Source: an uncultured Chloroflexia bacterium (GTDB taxonomy: Bacteria; Chloroflexota; Limnocylindria; Limnocylindrales; CSP1-4). From it: a DNA stretch of 64,000 nucleotides. The stretch lies in contig CAVPPB010000003.1 in assembly GCA_963707215.1 (NCBI GenBank), positions 1,600,001-1,664,000 of the forward strand, in the 5' to 3' direction. The notes under the pieces were generated by a model. It was not told the origin of the DNA, ran no database searches, and saw nothing but the letters and a program-made list of their open reading frames with translations. Positions 1-8,886 of this stretch are shown here, piece by piece. The translations under genes and the position numbers were made by a program. Numbering within the stretch: the stretch's first letter is position 1; the number at the start of each line of letters is the position of its first letter.

Positions 1-786
1 GTCGACCCGGATGCCGTAGAGCATCTGGATCTCGAAGCTCGTCCGGGGCAGGCCCAGGGCGCGGGCGTGAGCGGCGACCTGCTCGATGAGGCCGACGTCG
101 TGGGTCCCCAGGGCGACGCGGACCCGCTGCGTGCGCGCCGCCTCGAGCATCGTCACGGCCAGGGCCAGGTAGTTGGCATCGACGGCCCGGCGATCCCGGT
201 AGGCGATCGTCGCCGGCTCGTCATAGGCGCCCTTCACCAGACGGATCGACGGCTCGATCGGCAGGAGCCGCTGAACGTCATCGGCGGTCCGCCGGAGGTA
301 GGCCTGGAGGCAGAGGCCGACGTTGGGATGGGCACGCTTGAGGCGCTCGTAGAAGGCGATCGTCCGCTCGACGTAGGCGCTGCCCTCCATGTCGATCCAG
401 AGCTCACGACCGAGCTCCGCCGACCGGGCTGCCAGCCCGGCCGAGTGCTCGAAGGCTCGCTCCTCGTCGAGGTCGAAGCCGAGCTGGGTCAGCTTCACCG
501 AGGCCTCCCCGTCGATCCGCCGGGCCGACAGATCGTCCAGGAGCCCGAGGTAGTGGGCGGCCACACCGTCGGCATCGCCGATCGACTCCAGGTTCTCGCC
601 GAGCCGGGTGAACAGGGTCTGGATGCCGTCCCGTCCGAACGCTTCGGCCGCCACGAGGGCGGCCTCCACGTCCTCGCCGGGCATGAACCGCCGGACGGCG
701 CGGCGGACGAAGACCAACCGAGGCAGGCGCTCCTGGAGCCAGGGGTTCCGGGCGGCCCACAGGAGGACGGTTCGCATCGGTCGCAT
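1..786 (-). CDS. Proline dehydrogenase (monofunctional), 3' end outside window
   Basis: Manual translation: RRFMPGE, SVKLTQLG, WIDMEGS, CLQAYLRRT, IRLVKGAYDEP, GTHD, FEIQMLYGIR. TACGAT -10 box 7 nt upstream of ATG786. Confidence 0.9.
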   Translation of the reverse strand, partial: MRPMRTVLLWAARNPWLQERLPRLVFVRRAVRRFMPGEDVEAALVAAEAFGRDGIQTLFTRLGENLESIGDADGVAAHYLGLLDDLSARRIDGEASVKLTQLGFDLDEERAFEHSAGLAARSAELGRELWIDMEGSAYVERTIAFYERLKRAHPNVGLCLQAYLRRTADDVQRLLPIEPSIRLVKGAYDEPATIAYRDRRAVDANYLALAVTMLEAARTQRVRVALGTHDVGLIEQVAAHARALGLPRTSFEIQMLYGIRVD

Positions 787-849
787 GGACGGCATCGTAG
801 CGCCGGCCGGACCGTCGGGAGGGCGCCGGGCGAGCGCTACCATCGTCCG

Positions 850-1686
850 ATGGACGACCGTGACGAGGCCCGCGCCGCGATCCGGGCCCGCTTCGCCCGG
901 GAGCTGGCGGCCCCCGAGCCGGAGATCGCCCTGGCCCGGACCGTCCTGCTCATCGCCGCCCACGAGCGCCCGGAGCTCGACCCGGCACCGTCGCTCACCG
1001 CGCTCGACACCTACGCCGAGCGGGCGCGCGTCCATGGCGATGAGACCGACCCGCCGGAACGACGCCTGGCGACGCTTCATGACGTCCTCTACCGGGACAT
1101 CGGGTTCCGTGCGCCCACGGCGACCGAGTCGGGCGATCCCGACCACAGCCTCCTCGACCGGGTCATCGAGCGACGGATCGGCCTCCCGATCAGCCTGGCC
1201 GTGGTCGAGCTCGAGGTCGCCGACCGCGTCGGGCTGACGCTCTGGGGCGTCGGCCTGCCGGGCCACTTCGTCCTGGGCGGACCCGAAGGGCTGCTGGTCG
1301 ATCCCGCGGGAGGTGGCCGGCGGCTGACCCCGGACGACTGCCAGGCGCTGATCCGCCGGGCGCTCGGTGAGCGCGTCCTGTTCCACTCGGGGATGCTGCG
1401 CCCCGTCGGGTCCCGGGGGATCGTCGCCAGGATCCTGCGGAACCTGCGCGCGGCCTGCCTCGCTCGGCGCGACTGGCCTGCGGCGCTGGCGGCGCTCGAC
1501 CTGCTGGCGATAGCGGAGCCCACCGACCCCGCCCACGGGCGCGACCGGGGCCTGCTCCTGGGTCGGCTGGGACGCCTGACCGAGGGGATCGAGCTCCTCC
1601 GCCGCTATCTCGACGAGCAGCCCGACGCGGCAGACGCCGACGAGGTCGGCCAGGTCGTCGCCATCTTCGTCGGCCGTCGCAACTGA
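850..1686 (+). CDS. SirB1/transglutaminase-like core protein with C-terminal TPR
   Basis: LLDRVIERRIGLPISL, GVGLPGHF, RDRGLLL. ATG850 follows a TACCAT -10 box; the upstream part of the ORF-track call is the shadow of the proline dehydrogenase. Confidence 0.85.
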   Translation: MDDRDEARAAIRARFARELAAPEPEIALARTVLLIAAHERPELDPAPSLTALDTYAERARVHGDETDPPERRLATLHDVLYRDIGFRAPTATESGDPDHSLLDRVIERRIGLPISLAVVELEVADRVGLTLWGVGLPGHFVLGGPEGLLVDPAGGGRRLTPDDCQALIRRALGERVLFHSGMLRPVGSRGIVARILRNLRAACLARRDWPAALAALDLLAIAEPTDPAHGRDRGLLLGRLGRLTEGIELLRRYLDEQPDAADADEVGQVVAIFVGRRN

Positions 1687-1729
1687 ACCGCGGCCGAGGC
1701 CCGTCCCCGACGGACGCGACCGGGGGCCG

Positions 1730-3427
1730 TCAGCGCGCTCGACCGGGCCACTGGATGGAGCCGACGACACGTCCCAGCAGGCGCCGGATCCCCCGTCGGT
1801 CGGCGCGGGCGGCGGCGAGCCGACGGGTCGCCCGGGTTCCGTAGAGGACGCGCAGGGCGGCCCGGAAGCCGTCGCCCAGGTCACGGTCGTAGGGATGCCA
1901 CCACGCCGGCCGGTACCACCCCGGCGCCACGCCGATGGACTTCGGCCGGACGCACTCCAGGAGCCCGTAGCGGGAGCGCCCGACGCCGAACCCGGACGCC
2001 TTGCGACCGGTCCAGCCGACCTGGCTGATCCCGTACGTGGAGAGGTGGTCGTTGACCAGGACCGATCCGACGTCGAGACACTCGGCGATCCGGGATGCGC
2101 GGGCCGCATCGCGACTCCAGACCGACGCTGACAGGCCGAACGGCGAGTCGTCGACCAGGCGGGGCACGTCGGCCTCGTCCTCGAAGCGCTCGACGACGAT
2201 GACCGGGCCGAACAGCTCCTCGTGCCAGAGGCGGGCGGCGGGCGGGACGTCGGCGAGGACCGTGGCCGGCAGGTACCCGACGGCCGTCGGCTCGGCGCCA
2301 TCGAGGCGGCCCGTGTCGGCCCCGCCGGTGACCACTCGGGCCCCCCGGTCGACCGCGTCGGCCACGAGCTCGACGACCGTGTCGCGACTTACCGCGTTGG
2401 CCATCGCGCCCAACTGGGTCGATGGGTCAAGGGGGTCGCCCGGCCTCAGGGCGCGGGTGCGTTCCGCCAGTCGTTCCTCGAAGCGGTCGGCGATCCGGGC
2501 ATCGACGTAGACCCGCTTGATGGAACCGCAGGTCTGGCCGGCATGCCCGAAGCCGGCCCAGGCGGCGCCAGCGGCCGCGCGATCGATGTCAGCGTCGCGC
2601 AGCACGACCATGGCGTCCTTGCCGCCGAGCTCCAGGACGACCGGCTTGGGGTAGCCGGGCGCCCGGGCGGCTAGCTCCATGACCCGGCGGCCGACCGGCT
2701 CGGAGCCGGTGAAGAAGACCTTCTCGATGCCGTGGGCCTGGACGAGTGCCTCGCCGACCGCGGCGCCACCGTGGACGATGCCGACGGCCTCCTCCGGCAC
2801 GCCGGCTTCGACGAGCAGGTCGCGGAAGGCCTGGCCGAGCAACGGGGTGTGGGAGCTGGGCTTGTAGACGATGGCGTTGCCGGCGGCCAGCCCGAACAGG
2901 ACGGGCCCCGAGGCTACCGAGAGCGGGTAGTTCCAGGGCGCGATGACCCCCAGCACGCCGTACGGCTCCAGGACGATCCGATGCCGCCGACCCAGCAGCA
3001 GGATCCGCTGTGGGGTCCCCGGGTCGATCGATCGCAGGTGGCGCTCGGCGTGGCCCTCCAGCCACTGGCAGGTGTCGAGGACGACGGCAAGCTCCATCGG
3101 GACCGCCTCGACGATCGTCTTGCCGGTCTCGAGTGACGAGAGCCGGGCGAGCTCGTCGATCCGCTCGACGAGGAGCTCCCGGACCCGCCGGATGACGCGG
3201 AGGCGATCCCGGATCGGGCGGGCGGCCCAGGCCGGCCAGGCGGCCACGGCCCGGTCGACGACGGTCTGGACACCCTCCGGAGCGTCGGCAGGCACCGAGC
3301 CGACGACGCGCCCGAAGGCCTTGTCGCGGCTGACCAGGACCGCCGGATCCGGGCCAGCGCGGCCGTCAAGGATCGTCAGGTCGGGCTCGGGATCGTGGGG
3401 CGGCGGGATGGGGGCGCTGGCGACCAT
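1730..3427 (-). CDS. Aldehyde dehydrogenase family protein
   Basis: IAPWNYP, FTGSEPVG, LELGGKD, catalytic GQTC, EELFGP. Confidence 0.93.
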   Translation of the reverse strand: MVASAPIPPPHDPEPDLTILDGRAGPDPAVLVSRDKAFGRVVGSVPADAPEGVQTVVDRAVAAWPAWAARPIRDRLRVIRRVRELLVERIDELARLSSLETGKTIVEAVPMELAVVLDTCQWLEGHAERHLRSIDPGTPQRILLLGRRHRIVLEPYGVLGVIAPWNYPLSVASGPVLFGLAAGNAIVYKPSSHTPLLGQAFRDLLVEAGVPEEAVGIVHGGAAVGEALVQAHGIEKVFFTGSEPVGRRVMELAARAPGYPKPVVLELGGKDAMVVLRDADIDRAAAGAAWAGFGHAGQTCGSIKRVYVDARIADRFEERLAERTRALRPGDPLDPSTQLGAMANAVSRDTVVELVADAVDRGARVVTGGADTGRLDGAEPTAVGYLPATVLADVPPAARLWHEELFGPVIVVERFEDEADVPRLVDDSPFGLSASVWSRDAARASRIAECLDVGSVLVNDHLSTYGISQVGWTGRKASGFGVGRSRYGLLECVRPKSIGVAPGWYRPAWWHPYDRDLGDGFRAALRVLYGTRATRRLAAARADRRGIRRLLGRVVGSIQWPGRAR

Positions 3428-3549
3428 GGGGCCACAGCGTAGCCGACCGCGAGCGACCGCTTCGTCCCGGACCCGACCCGGGTTCGTGACGACTTCTTCA
3501 TCGACCGGCCACGGTCCCTGAACGTCGGTCCGTCAGGATCGACGACACC

Positions 3550-4911
3550 ATGGACCCGCACGCCGACACCGACCTCGCCGCCGATCGTGGCGCCGGACCG
3601 ACCGACGCTCCCACGCCGCCGCCTGCCGCGACCGATCGCAGCCGGCCCGGCGCCAGGCCCGTGGTGCGACGCCTGGCCTCCGGCGCCCTGGTGGTCGTCC
3701 TCGTGGCCGGGATCTTCGGCGCCGGGGTCGCGGTCGATCGGACGGGCGTCCTGGGCGGGCCCGCATCCGACGCCGTCCCGGTGGACGCCACCGACTTCGC
3801 CCTCATCCGCGAGGCCTGGGACGATCTCCACGCGAAGTACGTCGGTGCGGCGGACCTGCGATCGCGCTACCTCGCCTACGCGGCGATCGAGGGCCTGACC
3901 GAGGCCGTCGACGACCCCGGCCATACCGGGTTCCTGACGCCCGAGGAACGCGAACAGCGGCGCCAGGCCCTGTCCGGTTCCTTCGTGGGTGTCGGCATCC
4001 AGGTGGACACGCGACCCGACGGCGTCACGGTCGTCGGCGTCTTCCGGGGCAGTCCGGCTGAGGCGGCCGGACTGCGGCGTGGCGATCGGATCACGGCGGT
4101 CGATGGCACGACGATCGAGGCTGATGCGATCGACCGCGTGGTCGAGCTCGTCCGCGGCGAGGCGGGATCGGACGTCACCCTGACCCTGGAGCGTGCCGGG
4201 GCGAGCGAGCCGCTGGTGACCACGGTGGAGCGAGCGGAGATCGACCTGCCCGCCGTCTCGTGGGCGCCCGTTCCCGGGACGTCGATCGCCATGCTCCGGC
4301 TCGAGCAGTTCTCATCGGGCTCGGCCGGACAGCTGAAGGACGCCCTCGGCGAGATCCTGTCGACCGAGCCGGGCGGGATCGTCCTGGACCTTCGGGGCAA
4401 CCCCGGCGGCTACATCAACGAGGCTGTGGCGGTCGCGAGCCAGTTCCTCGACGATGGCGTGGTCCACCTGTCCCGCGATGCGGCCGGCGGCGTGACACCG
4501 ACCGCGGTCGAGCCCGGCGGCGTCGCGGCGGACGTCCCGGTCATCGTCCTCGTCGACGAGGGATCCGCCAGCTCGGCCGAGATCGTCACCGGTGCCCTGC
4601 AGGACGCCGGGCGGGCCACGGTCGTCGGTCGTCGCACCTTCGGGACCGGGACGGTCGTCTCGGAGGTCCCGCTGGCGGACGGCTCGGCGCTCCGCATCGG
4701 GGTCATCGAATGGCTGACCCCGGACGGCCGGTCGATCTGGCGGACGGGTCTTGCGCCCGACCGCTCGGTGGCCCTGCCCGCCGGCGCCGCCCCGCTCGTT
4801 CCCGAAGACCTGGCCGCGATGGGCCCGCACGCGCTCATCCGCAGCGGCGACACCCAGCTCCTGACGGCGCTCGAGCTGCTGGGCGCCGATCTGCCCGAGC
4901 CGGCTTCCTAG
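3550..4911 (+). CDS. ctpA: S41 C-terminal processing peptidase (PDZ), membrane anchored
   Basis: GVGI PDZ motif, LDLRGNPGG, SASSAEIVTGALQD, RTFGTG; N-terminal TM. Confidence 0.9.
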   Translation: MDPHADTDLAADRGAGPTDAPTPPPAATDRSRPGARPVVRRLASGALVVVLVAGIFGAGVAVDRTGVLGGPASDAVPVDATDFALIREAWDDLHAKYVGAADLRSRYLAYAAIEGLTEAVDDPGHTGFLTPEEREQRRQALSGSFVGVGIQVDTRPDGVTVVGVFRGSPAEAAGLRRGDRITAVDGTTIEADAIDRVVELVRGEAGSDVTLTLERAGASEPLVTTVERAEIDLPAVSWAPVPGTSIAMLRLEQFSSGSAGQLKDALGEILSTEPGGIVLDLRGNPGGYINEAVAVASQFLDDGVVHLSRDAAGGVTPTAVEPGGVAADVPVIVLVDEGSASSAEIVTGALQDAGRATVVGRRTFGTGTVVSEVPLADGSALRIGVIEWLTPDGRSIWRTGLAPDRSVALPAGAAPLVPEDLAAMGPHALIRSGDTQLLTALELLGADLPEPAS

Positions 4912-4963
4912 GCCGGCCGGCGCGAAGAGCCGGGTTCGCGAGTCGCCGGCCGATGCGGTCCGC

Positions 4964-6532
4964 CTAGAGCAGCTCGTCGTCGGCGGTCGCGGTCGGCCCG
5001 CCCTCCGCCGGCCGGGGTTCCTCGCCCGGGCCGTATCCCTGGGACGGTCGGTCGGTCGAGGTTCCGCCGTTTCCCTCACGGAGGACCGGCAGCGGCGAGC
5101 CGGCCCTGCCCTCGATGGCCCCGACCCCGTAGGGCACCCACTTCGACGGGTCCTGGAGGCGGTGCTGCTCGACGTTGCCGCGGCTGTGGGTCTCGAGGAA
5201 GCCGGCCGGCTCGATCCACATCCGCTTGCCGTCCAGCAGACCGGTGATGCCCTCCTGGCCGGGCTCCGGACGCGGGTTCTGACACCACTCGCAGGCCGAG
5301 GAGTCGTGCGGCGTGTAGGCGGCTGGCTCCTCGTAGGTCGTGATGTAGCCCTCGTAGTTGCGAAGGACGACCTTGTGGTCCGAGTAGCTGACCAGGTAGT
5401 TCGGCATGACCGGGATCTTCCCGCCGCCACCCGGGGCGTCGACGATGTACTGCGGCACCGCGTAGCCGGAGGTGTGGCCGCGGAGGCCCTCGATGATCTC
5501 GAGGCCCTTGCCGACCGGGGTCCGGAAGTGGCCGGCGCCCTCGACAAGGTCGCACTGGTAGAGGTAGTAGGGCCGGACCCGGAACTCGACCAGCCGCTGG
5601 ACCAGGTCGCGCTGGATGTGGACGCAGTCGTTGACCCCGGCCAGGAGGACCGACTGGTTGCCCAGCGGGACACCGGCCTTGGCGAGCTTGTCGCAGGCGC
5701 GGGCCAGCTCCGGCGTCATCTCCTGGGGATGGTTGACGTGGATGTTCAACCAGAGCGGGTGGTACCTCTCGAGCATCTCGCAGAGCTCGTCGTCGATCCG
5801 CTGGGGCATGAACACAGGGACCCGGGAGCCGATCCGGATGATCTCGACGTGAGGGATCTCGCGGAGGCCGCGGAGCGCCGACTCGAGGAGCTTCGGCGCC
5901 AGCGTCAGGCCGTCGCCACCTGAGATGAGGACGTCACGGATCTGCGGGGTCCGCCGGATGTAGTCCAGCTGGGCCTCGAGCTCGCGGCGGTTGAAGTTCT
6001 GCTTGGGGTCGCCGACGATCCGGCTCCGGGTGCAGTAGCGGCAGTAGCTGGCGCACTGCGTCGTGATCAGCAGGAGGACCCGGTCCGGATAGCGATGGAC
6101 CAGGCCGGGGACCGGGCTGTGGCGGTCCTCGGCGAGCGAGTCCTCCATCATCCCGGTGAAGGCCCGTAGCTCCGAGCCGACCGGGATCACCTGGCGACGG
6201 ATCGGGTCGTTCGGGTCGTCGGGGTCGATGAGGCTGACGAAGTACGGCGTGATGTCGACCCGGAACTTGTCCGGTGCGGACAGGCCCTCGCGCTCGTCGT
6301 CGGTCAGGTTGAGGACCTGCTCGAGCTCCTCGAGCGAGTTGAGCCGATTCGACAGCTGCCAGCGCCAGTCGTTCCACTTCTCGTCGGGCACCTCCTCGAA
6401 GATCCGGGCACGCCGGCTCACCGCCGGCAGGCCATCCGGCCCGAGCTGGCGGGCCGGGTCGCGGCGGTTCACGAACGGGGTCGACTCGATGGCCGTCCCG
6501 CCGCTCGTCTCCCGGGTCTCGTTGACGTCCAC
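4964..6532 (-). CDS. kamA: KamA-family radical SAM enzyme (lysine 2,3-aminomutase-like)
   Basis: HRYPDRVL, CASYCRYC, NQSVLLAGVND, PYYLYQCD, DAPGGGGKIP. GTG6532 preceded by AGGAGG. Confidence 0.9.
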   Translation of the reverse strand: MDVNETRETSGGTAIESTPFVNRRDPARQLGPDGLPAVSRRARIFEEVPDEKWNDWRWQLSNRLNSLEELEQVLNLTDDEREGLSAPDKFRVDITPYFVSLIDPDDPNDPIRRQVIPVGSELRAFTGMMEDSLAEDRHSPVPGLVHRYPDRVLLLITTQCASYCRYCTRSRIVGDPKQNFNRRELEAQLDYIRRTPQIRDVLISGGDGLTLAPKLLESALRGLREIPHVEIIRIGSRVPVFMPQRIDDELCEMLERYHPLWLNIHVNHPQEMTPELARACDKLAKAGVPLGNQSVLLAGVNDCVHIQRDLVQRLVEFRVRPYYLYQCDLVEGAGHFRTPVGKGLEIIEGLRGHTSGYAVPQYIVDAPGGGGKIPVMPNYLVSYSDHKVVLRNYEGYITTYEEPAAYTPHDSSACEWCQNPRPEPGQEGITGLLDGKRMWIEPAGFLETHSRGNVEQHRLQDPSKWVPYGVGAIEGRAGSPLPVLREGNGGTSTDRPSQGYGPGEEPRPAEGGPTATADDELL

Positions 6533-6748
6533 GCTGGCGCCTCCTGGCGGCGCCGCCGGTCGCGGGACCGGCAACGCATAAAGTCTATGCAGTGTGAATG
6601 GAGCACGATGATACCGGCAGGAGGACTCCCGGGTCCAGCCCGGGTCGTGATCCGCCCTCGCGCGGGGCCCTGCGCCTGGCGCCGGGGCCTGGACGACTGC
6701 GACCCGGCCTCGTGGGCCGGGTCCGGGAAACGGCGAGGTGGCCCCGGC

Positions 6749-7081
6749 TCAGTCCCGGACGACGGCCCAGATGAACGACATGAAGGCGAAGAAGCCCGTG
6801 AAGAGGGCGATCAGGCCGATCGCCCCGTAGGGCGAGTTGGCGCCGGTCCGGGGCACGATCGCGAGGATCGCCCCGAAGGTCACGGCCCAGGCGACGACGA
6901 TCGCGAATGTCGCGTAGCGGGCGTTGATCGAGGTGATCATGCGGACCCAGCGGGGCTGGCGCCCCTCGGTCGAGAGGGCGGCCGCGAGGGCCGGGATGAT
7001 GATGATCGCCCCGAGACCGATCGCCAGGGTGAAGATCACGAAGGTGAGCGGGCTCGCGAAGGGGGCCAGGAGCAGCTGCAC
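6749..7081 (-). CDS. Small hypothetical membrane protein (about 3 TM)
   Basis: Hydrophobic 110-aa ORF; GAGGA RBS before GTG7081. Confidence 0.65.
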   Translation of the reverse strand: MQLLLAPFASPLTFVIFTLAIGLGAIIIIPALAAALSTEGRQPRWVRMITSINARYATFAIVVAWAVTFGAILAIVPRTGANSPYGAIGLIALFTGFFAFMSFIWAVVRD

Positions 7082-7133
7082 GGTCGTCCTCGATGTGCTG
7101 GACCGGAGGCGCGGCGATGGTAGCAGACGGCCG

Positions 7134-8783
7134 CTAGGCCTCGCGGGCCGCCACGACCGAGATGCGGGCGAGGCCGGTGGCACCTGACGGCAGGGGCGGA
7201 CGGACGACGGGGTCCTGGACGTTGCCCGCCAGGTCAGTCGCCCGGGCGACCACGACCCGGCGCCCCGGATCCGGGATCGTGACGGTCGCTCGCCAGCGCC
7301 GCCAGGTCTGCTCGTTCGTGTCGGCGGTCGAGGGCTCGAGCTCCGCTTCGGCCCAGCTGGCCCCCTCGTCGAGGCTGATCTCGACGCGCCCGATGCCGCG
7401 GTCGCCGGACGACGCGACGCCGAAGACCTCGAACGGCTGGCCGGCGGGCACGACGTCGGCATCGCGGGGGTCGTCGATCCTCGACCAGACCCGCACCGCC
7501 GCCGTGTCGTCCCAGCCTCGCTTCACCCAGTAGCCGGGCTCGTCCGTCTCGGACAGCTCGATGCCGACGAGGTGCTTGGGCTGCTTCATGCCATAGCGGC
7601 CGGCGATGAGGACCCGCAGCGGGTAGCCGTGCTCCGGGGTCAGGGCCGTCCCCGGCTCACCCATCTCGTCGACCAGCCAGGTCCACTCGTCGCGGGCCAC
7701 GGCGATGGGCAGCGATTCGGTGAAGCCGTCGGCCGCGCGCCAGAGGACCCAGCGAGCCTCGGGCCGGACCCCGACCTGATCGAGCAGGTCGGCCAGTCGC
7801 AGGCCAGCCCAGCGCTGGTTGCCGATCAGGCCGCCCCAGGTGACGACCTCGTTGCTGATGCACTGCATCGCCCGGTGGCCCTCGACCCGGGGGAAGGCCC
7901 GCAGCTCGTCCAGGCCGACCGACGTCGGTCGCTCGACGAGGCCTCCGACCTCGAGGCGCCAGGACGCCTCGTCGATGGTCGGCGGCACCAGGTCCTTGCC
8001 GACCGTGTAGAACTCCCCGATCGGGGTCGTCCTGGGTGTGGGCCCGTAACCCTCGATCGACGGACGGAGGGTCCGACCTCCTGCCGGCCGGAGGGCCGCC
8101 CCGGAGACGCGGCCGATGACGGCGATCCCGGCGCCGATCACGGAGACCGCTCCCAGCCCAAGGACCCCCCGCCGCAGCACCTCGCGCCGGCCGAGCCCGC
8201 CGCCAGCCAGAGACGCGGGTGCCGGCTCCCCCGACACGCCGTCCATCGCAGGAGCGGTCGTCAGCGGCTCCTCCGCCTGCGTCCGGCGCAGCAGGACGAC
8301 CACGACGCCGTAGGCGATCGCCGCCGCCACGAGGGGTCCATGCAGGGCGAGCGGGTCGCCGCGCCAGCCCGAACCCAGCACGCCGACGCCTGCGAGGGGC
8401 AGGACGAGCAGCTCGGCCGCGACGAGGGCGACGACGGCCAGCATCGCGGCGGCTCCCGGGCCCGGGCGATCGTCAAGGGCCCGGCCGAAGAGCACGGCCA
8501 GGAGGGCCCCTGCCAGCGGGAGCGCCAGGGCGACGGCGGCGAAGACGAGCCCCTTGGCCAGCGGGCCGAGCGCCGCCAGGACGGCATCGAAGACCGGCAC
8601 GGGGACGTAGAGGGTGACGCCGTTGGCGACCGCCTCGACGAAGCCGCCCTGGCCGAACAGGGTCGAGCCGAGCAGCAGCGTCGCCAGCGCGACCGCACCG
8701 GCCAGCGCCCCGTCTCGGGCAAGGGCATGGCGGGTCGCTGGGGGGCTGGGGGTCGCGGGCATGGGAGGGAGGGTCGTCGACAT
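7134..8783 (-). CDS. Molybdopterin-dependent oxidoreductase (sulfite oxidase/MsrP-like) with N-terminal membrane domain
   Basis: MQCISN Mo-ligand Cys, EHGYPLR, YGMKQPK, GYWVKRGW, Ig-like dimerisation C-terminus, internal twin-Arg GRREVL. Confidence 0.88.
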   Translation of the reverse strand: MSTTLPPMPATPSPPATRHALARDGALAGAVALATLLLGSTLFGQGGFVEAVANGVTLYVPVPVFDAVLAALGPLAKGLVFAAVALALPLAGALLAVLFGRALDDRPGPGAAAMLAVVALVAAELLVLPLAGVGVLGSGWRGDPLALHGPLVAAAIAYGVVVVLLRRTQAEEPLTTAPAMDGVSGEPAPASLAGGGLGRREVLRRGVLGLGAVSVIGAGIAVIGRVSGAALRPAGGRTLRPSIEGYGPTPRTTPIGEFYTVGKDLVPPTIDEASWRLEVGGLVERPTSVGLDELRAFPRVEGHRAMQCISNEVVTWGGLIGNQRWAGLRLADLLDQVGVRPEARWVLWRAADGFTESLPIAVARDEWTWLVDEMGEPGTALTPEHGYPLRVLIAGRYGMKQPKHLVGIELSETDEPGYWVKRGWDDTAAVRVWSRIDDPRDADVVPAGQPFEVFGVASSGDRGIGRVEISLDEGASWAEAELEPSTADTNEQTWRRWRATVTIPDPGRRVVVARATDLAGNVQDPVVRPPLPSGATGLARISVVAAREA

Positions 8784-8886
8784 GTCCTGGGACATCCTTC
8801 GGGACGGACGGGACGGCCGGATGACGCCCCCGGCGCTACGATCGACCCTCTCCATCCGGCACTCGGCCGGACCCGAACCCGAGGCG

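Noticed and set aside
67-849. N-terminal half of the 539-aa ORF
   Set aside because: Antisense shadow of the proline dehydrogenase; the real start is ATG850.
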